Assembly (NCBI RefSeq): GCF_006345805.1
Contig: NW_021830450.1
Span: 2,487 to 66,486 of the forward strand
DNA length: 64,000 nucleotides
Reading direction: 5' to 3'
Origin: Octopus sinensis
Taxonomy: Eukaryota
Shown: one piece after another, positions 25,066 through 39,348 of the stretch
Position numbering within the stretch: position 1 is the stretch's first letter
Layout of the letters: each line of letters starts with the position of its first letter
Made by a program: the position numbers and the translations under genes
Notes under the pieces: generated by a model
The model's input: the letters and a program-made list of their open reading frames with translations, nothing else
Database searches by the model: none
What the model was told of the DNA's origin: nothing

Positions 25066-26689
25066 TTATATTGCATAATGTAGTTTGATGTCTGAAAGAA
25101 CAGATGGAAAGTTCACGGATGGAACAACTTGGCTCATAATTCTGCTTCATCAGAGTTGATCTTGACCAAGGAAATAAAATATGTAAAGAAAAATTTCTCG
25201 TTGTTGTTGTTGAGGTATGCTCCCTTCGTGTAAGACAAAAATACTTTGAGCCATGGTCCCTGTGTGGTGTGATCACGACACACACGTCTATAGAAAGATG
25301 CCTTCCTCTTTCTAAGATGGTATGTTTGGTGTCTATCAACTAGCCATGGAAGTTTGCTCATTACTGTGTAGAGTCTAGCGAAACCAGATACAATATCTAC
25401 ACTCGCGTCGTTCTGCGGATACCGTAAATAGGAAGGGAGGCGACAATCTCCTCACAGCATAATGTAACTGAAATAAACACCAAATTAAATAAAGAAAAAC
25501 GAGATCACGAGAATATACAGTTCGACGACACTCCAAAAGTATATGATATTTAGCGACACCAAATAGAATATCGACACAATAAAATATGGTGTAAATAACC
25601 ATTGGAAATAAAATGGATCAACAAATGGATCAATCAAGAGAATAATAATCTCGATAATATTCAACAAAGAGCGCTTTCGTCCATTCTAGTGGTATCTTCA
25701 AATTGATCTAAGTTTTTGCAGGAATTTTGACTCTTTTTATAGTATTATTGAGTGTGTAGTGGTGGGGAGAGATATAATAGTACAAGAGGGTGATGAATGG
25801 GGAGAAGTGAGAGAGAGCATGTGTGTGTGCGCGCGTGCGTGTGTGTGCGTGTGTATGTATGTGTATGTGTGTTTTTTTTTTCACGCTCTCAGATACACAC
25901 GGCACTGTTGGGCCCGGAGCTAGATAGGCCTAGAGTGGCAGACATTTGCTCAAATTGACGCACAATGAAACTAAACCTAAAAATTGTTGGCTGCGAAACG
26001 AATTTCTTAACCGCAAGTATGTAAACACGTTTCTTCTATGCTTTGGATGTGAGGCGGAAAAAGAGGTGGGGGATACATCTTACGGGACACATAGGAGTTT
26101 GTTGATCGCTCATACAGAGGAGACGAACCCGATTTCCTTCCTCAGTTGATAGCGATATAATATCGTTTGGCTTCTATAAAAAGTAGCAAGAAACTTGATT
26201 TCTAAATTTGCATAACTTAACTTCTTCTATTCTGTGCTGTAAGTACCTTTTTCCGTTGCATGTTTCATATTTGCTTAGTCATTCCCCTTAAGCTTTCTGT
26301 TTCTTATAGCATTCCATCTGTCTTGTCCTCTCTGTAATATACACGTCTCATATCTCTCTAAGAGCAAGCCATCAAGCTTTCACCACTCCACCACAAGCTA
26401 TATTCGTTACATTATATATATGTGTGTATGTGTGCGTGTGTGTGTGTGTGTGTGTGTATAAATAGACAGCTAAAACAACAGAAGAGCTACTAATAGTTTT
26501 ATACATTTATGATACCTTAAATTGGCAGATTTATATAAAATGTGCGTATCATCTAGCAATATTTGAGGCTCAGCTCCTACGTTAGATGAACTATGAGAAA
26601 AAATGAGAAAAACAAGAAAGATTCATGTAAAAAGACTGCTCGGAGATACATGGCATTTGATATAAATCCTGCATACACCTGATTGTTAG

Positions 26690-27150
26690 CATTAGTAATA
26701 AGATATGCAACCTGTCTATCTTCTAAAGAAAGGTTTGATAAGGCAACCCCCTGCCATAACAATGACTTGTCTAAGAGTGGCTTTAAAAATAAGTTATATT
26801 ACAACCCTTCTAGTAACAAGACGGATAATAAAAACAGACCTAATAATAGACCTAGGAAAATAACTTGGTTCATCCCGCTTTTCATTAAATGTTAAAATTA
26901 GCGTAAGTAAAAGATTTTACTGTCCCTCTTCGATAAGCATTTTTCAGAAAATCACGAATACAGAAAGATCTTTAATAGAGGCTCAGTTAAATGATCATAT
27001 AGCTGTTGCCCCAACATAAAGAACAACACTACCCGTAAAAGCCACCAAGACTATACACACATGTGTAACTGTCGGGACACTGGAACCTGTACACTCGACC
27101 AGGGGTGCATGATAAACTCCTTGATATATGAGGTAGACGTTGACACTATA
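26690..27150 (+). mobile_element. Penelope-like element fragment (RT thumb to GIY-YIG linker)
   Basis: RKITWFIP..SLNVK..FDKHF..KIFNR..SYSCCPNIK..CNCR..CTL..C..LIYEV fits the PLE WFNPP...SYSC...CNCR..CPL pattern; stops and frameshifts present. Confidence 0.7.
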
Positions 27151-27693
27151 CTAACTACGTATCTTCTTTCCAGCACATGGATAAAAGTAAAGTACTAAGT
27201 TAACTAAACTAATCTAATTTCATGCCTCATAGATTTTCAAGTGGAAAATCGTTGTAAAATTCAACCGTTTTAGATCTAAGAATTCCATCGCACTGCCGAA
27301 TTCCAGATCAGAAATCTTCAGGAAATACAAACAGATAGACAGGTTTCTTTTAGAAAATTGGAGAATACCACCCTGTCCGGATTGAGCAGATGTGTCACAG
27401 ACTTTACACCCTTTCCGTTGATTCTATACAACTTAGCCTTATGACTCTACCGTCAATGAAAACTGAATCTTATTTTTCCCTTTCTTTCTTTGCTTGTTTT
27501 CACCCTTGCATTTTTGAACACAGCTTCCTCTCAGATTTTCTCATGATTTCACCTGTTCTATTATCCCAATTTGTAATCTATATTGGCCTTGTTTGCAGAG
27601 CCTGAAGATTAACTGGAGACACTAGGCGTGTTTTAAAACCTGCCTAGATACATGAAACTATTATTCGCACATGACAGTATACTATGTACATTA

Positions 27694-27695
<2 letters not shown>

Positions 27696-27743
<48 letters not shown>

Positions 27744-27791
27744 GTATGTTTGTATGTATGTATGTATGTGTATATATGTATGTGTATATAT

Positions 27792-27865
<74 letters not shown>

Positions 27866-28303
27866 CACACATATATATATATACAAATGCATTTTTTATT
27901 TAATTAAACGCCATCGTGTAACAGAAACTGTGACTTTGGTTTAACTTGTTTCCGTCTCCCAGGAATATTAAAAAATATATTAACAGCGGGAGGTAACATC
28001 CATATAAATCAGACAAACACCTTCCTCAAATATCGTAAGTAAAATGGCCCAACAAAGGAACATCCTTCCATTTCCGCAAACGTGATGTTCCGGGAGTTTT
28101 CCAATTACCCGCCACTTCACAGGGGGACTCTGTATACCGTATATTAATATTTGTTATAGCGTAAATTAATATTTATCTTCATAATATTTAGAAGATATTT
28201 GGTAAGCACCAGGGACTAGATTTATATTACATACATATATATGGTGTGTGTGTGTGTGTGTGTGTATATATACATGTATTTGTGTGTATATATGTAATTA
28301 TAC

Positions 28304-28361
<58 letters not shown>

Positions 28362-28576
28362 TACATATATATATACATGTACACTCATATGTGGGTGCAT
28401 ACATATTTAAATAATATATGTATATGATTATTCAGCTATATATGTTTTGGGATATAGATGTCTTCTGTATTAGATATGTAAGCATGCACATCCAAAAACA
28501 TACATGCATGCACATACATGCATATATATATATATGTATGTATATATATATATATATATATGTGTATATATATATA

Positions 28577-28647
<71 letters not shown>

Positions 28648-28678
28648 CATATATATATATCCATATATATATGTACGT

Positions 28679-28755
<77 letters not shown>
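27696..28755. repeat. Two long (AT)n/(TATG)n tracts with ~400 bp of intervening sequence
   Basis: Dinucleotide runs at 27696-27885 and about 28290-28755. Confidence 0.9.
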
Positions 28756-28757
<2 letters not shown>

Positions 28758-29206
28758 AATGTGTCTGTGTGTTTATGCGTATATACATTATATACAACAT
28801 AAGCTAATTACTACAACGGAAAATACCGGATTCCATTCTTTTTTCCATATACGTAGAATTTAGTTATTTTACCGTGAAAATTCCCAACATTTCTTCCAGA
28901 TGGAATTGGTAACAGAAAAGTAGTTGTTATTCGGATGATTGCCGATTAAATAGAAAATATAAATAAATAAATAAAATCTTTGTGAGGGAAACCTTCCAAA
29001 GAGACTTTCAGGAAACGGCTGATCATACGTCTTCCATACTGGGAGTTAAACCATTCTTTGTTACCTCTGAAACTAGAAAATATGATTTGAAAATACGATA
29101 GGTCAGCTTGAATGAGATTTAGCTTGAATGAAAATATATTTATTGAAGCTTATAAGGAAAATTATGTGTGTGTATTGGAATATGTATGTAAGATGGGTGT
29201 GTGTGT

Positions 29207-29275
<69 letters not shown>

Positions 29276-29300
29276 CCTCTCTCTCTATCTCTCTCTCTCT

Positions 29301-29340
<40 letters not shown>

Positions 29341-29912
29341 CTTGTGTGTGCGCGCGCGTGTGTCTTTGTGTGGTGTGTGCGTACTTGAACTTTGTAAGAT
29401 AGATAGAAACATACGTAGATAGATTTGGTAGATTCATAGAACCACGAGAGAGTTATGTGTGAAAATATGTTCACACACACACTCTCTCTCTCTCTCCTCT
29501 CTCTCTCTATCTCTCTCACACATACGCGCCCGCATGCGCATACAGACATCTACATTCTCAACAGAAAACGTAACAATTTAAAGGAGGCCCAAGTTTATTG
29601 TTTCATTTCAATGAGACTTTACTTATCCGCTTCCGAATACTTCCAATTACTATTGTTGCATGCACCATTTCAAACATTATTCTAGTTTGGATCTCGTTCT
29701 GCAACTCGTTTTCAGTAATGGTTTGTAAGTCTCGATTCGAATTTTCTTTCATCTCTTATATGGTCAGAAGCGAATGACCATTCAATGAAGATTTAACTTT
29801 GGTAAGAATAAGAAAAAAAGTCAGTTTCTATAAATTAAATACTTCATGTAACCAAGCTAGTTTGTCCAACAATTTTCGTCTCTGAAGTGAAAGAAATATC
29901 TGATAACAAAAT

Positions 29913-29990
29913 GTTTCTTTATTGCCCACACGGGGCCAGCATAGAGGGGACAATACAACCAGATTTGGGGTCAGACACACAAAATGACAT
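29913..29990 (-). mobile_element. L1/Tx1-like 3' tip
   Basis: Reverse strand ccccgtgtgggcaataaagaaac, same type of terminus as 12847 and 15010. Confidence 0.4.
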
Positions 29991-30395
29991 ATAAAAATTT
30001 ACAACGAAATCGAATGGAAATCCAGTGGGTCATTTTTTAGAATTGACTCAGGCGACAGCTGGACTAACAACCTTTATGAATGCTGGTACAGCTATGTAGA
30101 AAAGAGATTATTTTCCCAATAAGGTACTCTTGATATCCGCATCATTGTATAAAATCCATATTGATACAAATCAATCCAGTTGCTCATAACAATGATACGC
30201 GTGTCTTGTCGGGCCGCCTCTGCAGTTGTCTGCTCGTACACATTACCAGCATATCGTCACCTAGTATCACGGCCTGGAGCTTGGATAGATTTAGAAGAAT
30301 CCAAGAATTAGGATCGGATCTTTGACACAAAGATTACGGAATATTTTGGTGTGCTGGTTCTTACACTGAAGTCAATGAGCTATATTTCTCCTCTC

Positions 30396-30615
30396 TGAAG
30401 GCGGCGAGCTGGCAGAATCGTTAGCACGCCGGACGAAATACTTAGTGGTATTTCGTATGCCGCTACGTTCTGAGTTCGAATACCGCCGAGGTCGAATTCC
30501 CCTTTCATCCTTTCGGTGTCAATAAATTAAGTACCAGTTACGCACTGGGATCGATTAAATCGACTTAACCCTCCACACAAATTTCAGGCCTTGTGCCTAG
30601 AGTAGAAAGGATTAT
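30396..30615 (+). mobile_element. SINE family A, full length
   Basis: tgaaggcggcgagctggcagaatcgttagcacgccgg...gagttcgaataccgccgaggtcga...aattaagtaccag. Confidence 0.85.
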
Positions 30616-30849
30616 ATTTCTCTCCACCCTCTATCTCTCTCTCTTGCTTTATTTCGAAGATTCTACAGATGCCGTCTTTCCTACAACGACAAAGCCACAA
30701 AACAAAACAAAATCTTCTTTTAAACAACACCTGACTCTGGCAAAGTTACACCACACTGCATTCCTTTTCTAAATTCCCCTTCTTTGCTCATTTTCTTCCG
30801 TCTTTCTCCATTTCTTTCTGTCTATACACATGTCTCTTCTTTTAGCCTT

Positions 30850-31042
30850 TGCTTGTTTCTGACATTAGACCGCGGTCATGCAGGGGCACCGCGTTGAAGA
30901 GATTTTCGTCGAATGAATCGAAGCCAGTACTTATATATATATTTTAAAGCCCTGGTACTTATTCTATCGGGGACCTTTTGCCGAACCGCTATCGAAAACC
31001 CACCAACACCAGTTTTCAAGCGGTGGGGAGGGGACACACGCA

Positions 31043-31080
<38 letters not shown>
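30850..31080 (-). mobile_element. SINE family B, 3' half
   Basis: cctggtacttattctatcggggaccttttgccgaaccgct followed by (CA)n. Confidence 0.7.
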
Positions 31081-31086
<6 letters not shown>

Positions 31087-31344
31087 ATTGTGCGTAGAGA
31101 GATATACTAGAAATAATGTATGTATGTATGTATGTATGTATGTATGTATGCATGTGAGTATGCATTTATGTATGTATACGTGGGAAGTTTGGCTGGCGAT
31201 TGTTGGTGCTGCTACCTGCGGTTGCTTTCAGTGTAAGAGACAGAGAGAAGGAGAATTTGTTAAGAAATAGACGGGTGGGAGAAATTTCCCTTAAGCAGAG
31301 AGAACCGCTCAGGGTTTATAATCTTTTATTTTTTGTTTTCTTGT

Positions 31345-31710
31345 TGTTGTTGTTGTTGTTGTTGTTGTTATAGACGTCGCACAGTATACAATATTGTGAA
31401 GTTGTTGATTGAGGATATTGTGTCTACCGGGGTTTGTACTGTTGTCAAGTCACAACAAGAACCTCAGACCGTAAGTACTTTACGCAATACGCGAGCAGTT
31501 TTAAGTAACGCCGACTTTTGCAATACAGTAAGGTAATTCTAAAGTTTTCAGATGTTTTTTTTTTCAGACGGAGTGGTGTGGAACCCAATGCTCCGATGAC
31601 AATAGGGATAACGTATATATTTGATTCTCCTAGTTGCAATATCTTAGCGATCTCAATTCTCACGTCTCCATGTTTATCAATCTTTTCGCTTTCTTTCATG
31701 ATGACAGTTG
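31345..31710 (-). mobile_element. R4/Dong-like LINE 3' end (REL domain) with (AAC)n tail
   Basis: DKHGDVRIEIAKILQL...VIPIVIGALGS; (TAA)n on its 5' side. Confidence 0.75.
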
Positions 31711-31711
31711 A

Positions 31712-31766
<55 letters not shown>

Positions 31767-31776
31767 GTTGTTGTTG

Positions 31777-32600
31777 TCTTTGCACAGCTTCTACGTGCCA
31801 GCTGTTTACTATCAGTGAACTAACGTAACACCCCTTATTTTTCGAGCACCTTCCAGAGTATTCGAGTGTTCCAAGCAGTGCTGTCTTCTGCAAGTGCTCC
31901 ACCCTTAAAGCAGCCCCTATTTATTCCATGTACTTCTCAATATTTTTACTCACTATTCCCAGAGCTCCGGCAATTATTGGTACTACTACACCTTTTTCAG
32001 CGACCACAACTGCTTAACCTCCCTAGCTAACCTCTCATATCTATCTTCCTTTCTTCCTTATCGCATACTTTGTGGTCAGCTGGGCATGCTATATCTATGA
32101 TCCAGCATAGTTTATTTTCTTTCTCAATTAAGACTATGTCTGGTTTTCTATTCTCTGTCTCATGGTCGGACTAAATCATAAAATCCCATAGGATCTTTGC
32201 ATTATCATTTTCGAAGATGCCCTCGGGTTCGTACCAAACTTTTCTCTGCCAAGTCCATACTTGTTGCAAAGTGTCCAATGGACAAGCCTGGCAATATTGT
32301 CATGACGTCTCTGATATTCCTTCTGGGCTAGTGGCGTACATTGGCTGGTAATATGTCATACGGTTCCACCGTTTTGTCCACTGATTCTGCACTTATCACC
32401 TTCTGCTGTGTTGTCTATTCTGTATTTTACGTAGTTTGTTCTTAGTGCTTGCTCTTGGGCAGCACAGATTAGAGCCTCCGTTTCCTGTTTTAAATCACTT
32501 TTAGTCATCCATAGCCATTTTTTTTTCTCTGTCTGCCTGTCTTATCTTCAACATCCCTATGAAATTGTCCATGCATTCTTTTCTTTAGCCACCTATTTTC
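31777..32600 (-). mobile_element. R4/Dong-like LINE 3' fragment (CCHC region and REL)
   Basis: DLKQETEALICAAQEQALRTNY...RRHDNIARLVHW...ILWDF...RKPDIVL...IIDIACP...PIIAGALG; tail runs into (CAA)/(TAA)n. Confidence 0.85.
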
Positions 32601-32946
32601 AGTTTTATTCGTTTTCAAGTGCTTGTAAAATTTTTACAGAAAGTTGTAGATATTAAAGTTTTAAAATTTACTAAAGATGATCTTTTGCATGTCTGAACAG
32701 AGAAAACTGCAGTTTTCTTAGATGTTCTTAGGATGTTTACATATTCGAATACTCAGGGAGTATTATTATTATTATTATTATTATTATATTATATTATATT
32801 ATTATTATTATATTATTATTATTATCATTATCATCATCATTATTATTATTATATTATTATTATTTTATTATTATTATTATTATTATTTTATTATTATTAC
32901 TACTACTATTATTATTATTATTATTATTGTTGTTATTATTATTATG

Positions 32947-32986
<40 letters not shown>

Positions 32987-33002
32987 TATTATTATTATTA
33001 TT

Positions 33003-33168
33003 GAGTGAGAGAGCAGTTCATGCCATCAAAGTGACACTGGGGTAGAATATACGAAGCCCAGTATACCCATCATGACTACCCGTCTGATAAAGGTACACCA
33101 GGCACATGCATCACAGCCATATGTGCGCGACATGGTGATCTCATATCAAGATAAACAGCACATGACCT
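33003..33168 (-). mobile_element. Non-coding (TAA)n-embedded retroposon, 166-bp 3' fragment
   Basis: Reverse complement of the last 166 bp of 51695-52248; TTA tracts on both sides. Confidence 0.85.
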
Positions 33169-33219
33169 ATTATTATTATTATTATTATTTTATTATTATA
33201 TTATTATTATTACTACTAC

Positions 33220-33250
<31 letters not shown>

Positions 33251-33260
33251 GTTATTATTA

Positions 33261-33297
<37 letters not shown>

Positions 33298-33319
33298 TAA
33301 TCTTTACTCGTTTCCCTGA

Positions 33320-33485
33320 TTCAGTTTATGGCTATGCTGGGGCAACGCCTTCATGAATTTTAGTCGAACTAATCGACCAAATCCACTCACAAGGCTTTAG
33401 TCGGTTCGAGGCTATAATGAAAGAGAACTCGGAGCCATATGGCTGGGAACAAACATCTTATCACATAGCCACGCCTGCGCCTATA
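33320..33485 (-). mobile_element. SINE family B, partial
   Basis: ccaaatccactcacaaggctttagtcgg...cacatagccacgcctgcgcc. Confidence 0.7.
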
Positions 33486-33525
33486 TACATCATACATACA
33501 TACATACACATATATATATACATAT

Positions 33526-33558
<33 letters not shown>

Positions 33559-33559
33559 T

Positions 33560-33598
<39 letters not shown>

Positions 33599-33599
33599 G

Positions 33600-33650
<51 letters not shown>

Positions 33651-35110
33651 TCACACGTACACGCACAGATGCGTATGTATACGATTAGAACTGAAAGACT
33701 CATAAATATATACAGAACTACATATATGTATACATTCACATACACATATACATATACGAGCATACACAAAAGTATATGGAGAAAGAGAGATAAAAAGTTT
33801 AAAAAATCAAGGTCAACAGAGATTTGCTAAATTAATTTTTAACCTTGATCGAATATGTTTGAACGCATATACCCATACACACCTATGTCATATGTATACA
33901 TACGTATATAGAGGTTTGTGTGTGTGTGTTGTATGTATGTATATATGCGTGTATATGCATGCACATATATGAATATGTGGATGCTATAAGTATATATACA
34001 TGTGGTTCTCTATATATAAATACATATGCATATAAGCTGATAAGCGTAGGTATACACTTATATATACATACATACACACAGATATATGTAGATATTTATA
34101 TATATATATGTATATATGTATATATGCGTGTATATATATGTATATATATGCATGTATATGTCTATATATAAAGGCATTCATTTTTATATTTATGTATACA
34201 TTTACATATATATAAACGCACAATAATGCACATACACATACAAACACACACTGAAATATACAGGGACTGACAAACACATACATATACACACCCACACACA
34301 TAATACACAAGTACATACGCAAGCAGTCACGTATTTTCGTAACAATAATAATTAATGACTAAAAAAAATATTTACACTAGAATTATAACAGTTTTCCTCT
34401 GATTAAAAAACGACAGCAGTATTGAAATGAATTAAATGAAGAGCAGACGTGAGAAGCATTCCGAAGATTTGTGATTAAAAAATATATTTCGCTTCACCTT
34501 ATCATTCATACTATGTATTCACCTATGAACCGATTGAGGTTTACTCACCTCACCCCACCCTAATTCTTTAATTCTTCCTCTGGCTTGACACTCCCCACCC
34601 TCGTTCATAATATTCTTTAATTGACTTTGCTTTCGAATTTTTTTTTTTTGGCGGAGGGGTGTGCATTTATTTGTTAGGGGGAAGAAGGGTGTAGTGTGTT
34701 TGGAAGAACTCTTTAAATTTGATTTTTTTTATTTTGTTCTACAATAGACTCTCTTGAAGAATAAGAAAGAAACGATACAAATGCATAGAAAAGTAAAGAA
34801 TTAATAAAATATGTAAAAATGAAAATATATATAAAAAAATCTAATATGGTTGAAATGAATAAGGAATAAACACGCAAATTCGAGCATAAAAGAGGTAGAG
34901 AAATAAGCGGGAAAAGTAAGGAGGGGGCTCTGTGCACGTGCGTGTGTGTGTGTGTTTGTGTGTGAGTGTGCGTAAGAAAGAAAAAGATACAAAATTGAAA
35001 ATAACACATTGAAACCGGGAACAAATATCTGTGAAGTGGAACAACTTAATTATTGGAATTAAAATCAATTTCATTAGGAACGATTTGCAAATGAATGTGT
35101 GTGTTGTGTG

Positions 35111-35163
<53 letters not shown>

Positions 35164-36232
35164 AATATATATATATGTGTGTGTATATATGCATTTAGGG
35201 AAAGATAGATAGATATGTATATGGTATGACTTATACGTGTGTATATATATATATATATAAATATATATATTGTTGGCGTCATGGGAGTTTCGTAAACTTT
35301 CGAGTGAGGGAGAGAACGTGAAGTAATTCTGTTTTTGCTAACAGTGTCCGAAGCTCGAAGTACATGTAAGAGTTTAAATAACACCATGAAAATATTCGGT
35401 TCGTGTCCTTCAACTTTCTCTATCCTAGATGGTTTTTCAATATTTACGTACTATCATTTATTGTTTTAGACAAAAAACAGAAAAAAATCTCTCTCTCTCG
35501 CACACACATACACACACACACGTGCACACTTACTTAAAGAATACCTAATGTTGCCTGGGTTATAATGGTCGCAGCTGGTTGCCAGTTTGTCCTCGTATTC
35601 CATATTCCATATATGTAATCTGTAACATTTACGGACGTTTCTGTTTCATGTCTTCTCTAAACTGATGCTCTAATTCCAATAATCAATAAAAAAAGAAAAT
35701 AATATCATTTCAGTCGGAACAATTCAGAGAAAATGTTTTTAAAATAGAAACAAAGAATACGACATATCTACTTGAAGCATCTCCCTCCGCCCCTCTTTAG
35801 TTGGAATCTATTTCAAATATTTCATTGTTGATATTTCTGTATTTTAAACGTTGGAGATTACGACTGTGGGTAGAAGGATCACAAAATACATTATTCAGCA
35901 AACATTTATTATGCTTATGTAAACTAAACCTAATCCGTATTCTAGACCCTAATTTTACCCCTAAAACATTTAAAGTTTCATTTTAACCATAAACCGCCCG
36001 AATGTGTAATACATTTAATATTTTTTTTAAAAAAAAGAATGTTTTGAAAAACATTAAAAAAAATAGAAAAGTTTATAAAGATTGTAGGCTTCCAAATGGA
36101 GTGTGTGGAATGTTTGAAATCAAAATATCAAATTTTAAAATAAATATTTTGTTTTCGAACCTAAAGAAAATTTCTCCTCCGAATAAAATGTAGTTAGGCG
36201 GATGAGATTCATATTGCACAATTCTGTCAATA

Positions 36233-36280
<48 letters not shown>

Positions 36281-36365
36281 TGTGGGTGTTTGTGTGTGTG
36301 TGTGTGCATGTATATATATATATATATATATAATTTATTTGAAAGCAGCAGAAATATAACAAAAG

Positions 36366-36403
36366 CTGTTACTTAGAGTTTCACGTTCCCATTCGTCTGA
36401 CAG
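36366..36403 (-). ncRNA. Type I hammerhead-like fold with U4A core change
   Basis: CUGU-CAGACGA-AUG/GGAA/CGU-GAAA-CU/CUA/AG-UA-ACAG. Confidence 0.4.
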
Positions 36404-36459
36404 TTTTGTTAAAATAGAACAGAAATAACAATTTGATCATTTAACTATTTTTGATCAAA

Positions 36460-36725
36460 TTCTCATTTCTATTCTTCGTTCCGAAGAATAGAGTCTCAAC
36501 TCTTTCAGTCTCTCCCTTTGGCAGATATGTCGCATTGAAACGATCATCTTTGTGTAGCTTCGCTGGATCGCCTTGAGTTTCGCCGCTACTTTGCACTGTT
36601 TGGTGACCACACTTGGGGGCAGTAATCCAGATGGCTGAGGATGAAAGTCTTCCAACGGACCATCATGGTTTCCTTTTCTCTCGTTTTGAAAGTCCGAAGG
36701 ATCCATCCGCACAAGCGTCTGCATT
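36460..36725 (-). mobile_element. CR1-like LINE ORF2 C-terminal fragment
   Basis: WKTFILSHLDYCPQVWSP...AKLKAIQRSYTK...ERLKELRLYSSERR, frameshifted. Confidence 0.8.
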
Positions 36726-37436
36726 TTTTTTTACCAACTTAGGAATATGAACCAGGAATGGGTAATTGATATGTTGCTCTCCCACGGGAATATCATTCAA
36801 CCGGTCGTTCGCCATATTTTCAACCGATCAATCAAATGATTGTGTAAACTGAAACATGAGGCACTCAAAATATAAATCAGAAACAGCTGTGAGCCTTTAA
36901 TGCACAAATAAATGTATAAAGCCCGTTATTTATGACTATATATATATGTGTGTGTGTGTGTATGTGTTTGTGTGTGTGTTTGTGTGTATAGTTGAATACA
37001 TAAATACAGGAATACTAGCAATAAAGTATGTAAACAAATGCGTGTTTGTGCGCCTAGTGAAGAATGGTGAGGGCCACTTAAACCTCACGCTTCGTGTGGA
37101 GTGTTTGAATAAATAAAGCAGAAATGTGAATATATTTAATGTGTAACAAGCATAAGGTTAAGACTCTTGTCTCATGTCAGTCAAAACAGACAGCATCTTG
37201 ACATTCTTGGAACCCGATGTAATATCAGTATTTTCATTTAAAGCTGATGACGGTACTTTTAAAATACGAAGTAGCATGTATTTATGTATGACTGCATGTA
37301 TGTATGTAAATATATGTGTATATACATGTGTGTATGTATGTGCTTGTGTGTACACATGTGTACACATGTATGTATGTATGTATGTATGTATGTATGTATG
37401 TATGCATATATATATACACACATATACATACATACA

Positions 37437-37473
<37 letters not shown>

Positions 37474-37709
37474 AATGGATGTCTTATAGCACTTTTCCAA
37501 CATACAATAACAGCCATAGCAACAATCCAACATACCCCCCTCATCGCCAATTTCCCCTCCTATACAAGGAGCAAACTCTAATCTGTTCAGAGCAATCAAC
37601 GTGACTGGAATGTTTTAAAACCCGCGCTTTTTCCTGGCAAACAAAGACAGGAACAGATTCACCCTACTAATATAAACTTTATTGAAATTCTAAATATTGA
37701 CCGTCCGTA

Positions 37710-37835
37710 GGTGCAGGCATGGCAGTGTAATAAAGAAGCTCGCCTTGCGACCGCGTGGTTTTGGGTTCAGTCCTAGCATGCAGCACTATAGGCAAGTGTC
37801 TTCTACGATTGCCCCGGACTGACTGATACCTTGGG
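37710..37835 (+). mobile_element. SINE family B, 5' part
   Basis: ggcatggcagtgtaataaagaagc...gggttcagtcc...ggcaagtgtcttctac. Confidence 0.7.
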
Positions 37836-37861
37836 ACTAAAACTATGTGGAGGCTCATCTA

Positions 37862-37893
<32 letters not shown>

Positions 37894-38705
37894 GCACGCA
37901 CATACACATATGCACACACGCACCTACACATACACGCACATACATACGCACATAATACACGCACACACACATATACACACGTACACACACACACACCAGC
38001 ACAGATGCCCACATATACCTCCAACAAACAATACTCATACAGATACGCACACAAGCACACGCACGCACATTACACCTACACAACTCCAAAAACCCCCCCA
38101 CACACACGCATACACAAATTTTCGTACACATCTATACATATACATACGCACAATATATGCCTACACGCGCACACACACAAACACATACGTATACACATAT
38201 AGACACACACACACACACAAAACATGCGCACACATACGCACGCACACACGCACACGAATACACAACCCCACGGATACACGTATATGCATCCACATACGCT
38301 TACACACACACATACACACGTACACATACACGTACTCACAACTACATACACATACGACACGCACGCACATACATACACACACACACAAATGAACCCACAC
38401 ATACATCCCATACACACAGCACACAATTATACATACACACGCACAATTATACATACATGTGGACACACATACGCACGTACAAGCACACACGCATACATAC
38501 ACAAAGTAAAGCATAGTTATTCGCCACACACACAAACTCTACGCATACACACACGAACACACACATACCTCCTCTTGCACTCTCCTGTCTTTGAAAGAAC
38601 TTTTCTTCACCCATTTCCTTCCGGTCATTCAAAATGTGACCGTTTGTGTACCGTTGGCGATTTTTTTCCTCCGTCTTTCCTTCTCTGGATCTTTCCTTTT
38701 CCTAT

Positions 38706-38740
38706 GGTTCTGACGAAGAGCTCCGCTCGAAACGTAAAAC
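38706..38740 (+). ncRNA. Minimal type I hammerhead motif (unit 1; stem I weakened by ggtt)
   Basis: GGUU-CUGACGA-A-GAGC/UCC/GCUC-GAAACGUA-AAAC. Confidence 0.5.
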
Positions 38741-38802
38741 CCTCCTTGGACGTGGAACAAATATAGTATTATTGGACGCTCAGGAAAGAAAAAAGAAGGA
38801 GG

Positions 38803-38837
38803 GTTTAACGTTTCGAGTGGAGCTCTTCGTCGGAAAC
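38803..38837 (-). ncRNA. Antisense hammerhead-like motif with U4C core (repeated at 39411-39445 and 40019-40053)
   Basis: GUUU-CCGACGA-A-GAGC/UCC/ACUC-GAAACGUU-AAAC. Confidence 0.4.
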
Positions 38838-39313
38838 ATAGGAGAAGGAAAGATACAGAGAAGGGAATACAGAGGAAAAAATCGCCAACGGTACACACGC
38901 GGTCACAGGTCACACACACACATACACACGTACACATACACGTACTCACAACTACATACACATACGACACGCACGCACATACATACACACACACACAAAT
39001 GAACCCACACATACATCCCATACACACAGCACACAATTATACATACACACGCACAATTATACATACATGTGGACACACATACGCACGTACAAGCACACAC
39101 GCATACATACACAAAGTAAAGCATAGTTATTCGCCACACACAAACTCTACGCATACACACACGAACACACACATACCTCCTCTTGCACTCTCCTGTCTTT
39201 GAAAGAACTTTTCTTCACCCATTTCCTTCCGGTCATTCAAAATGTGACCGTTTGTGTACCGTTGGCGATTTTTTTCCTCCGTCTTTCCTTCTCTGGATCT
39301 TTCCTTTTCCTAT

Positions 39314-39348
39314 GTTTCTGACGAAGAGCTCCGCTCGAAACGTAAAAC
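39314..39348 (+). ncRNA. Minimal type I hammerhead motif (unit 2)
   Basis: GUUU-CUGACGA-A-GAGC/UCC/GCUC-GAAACGUA-AAAC; 4-bp stems I and II, palindromic ACGU at stem III. Confidence 0.6.

Noticed and set aside
30190-30330. Minus-strand VILGDDMLV, resembling the RNA-virus RdRp GDD motif (possible endogenous viral element)
   Set aside because: The open stretch is under 40 codons, and the only motif-B-like string (SGDSWT) is on the opposite strand; treated as chance
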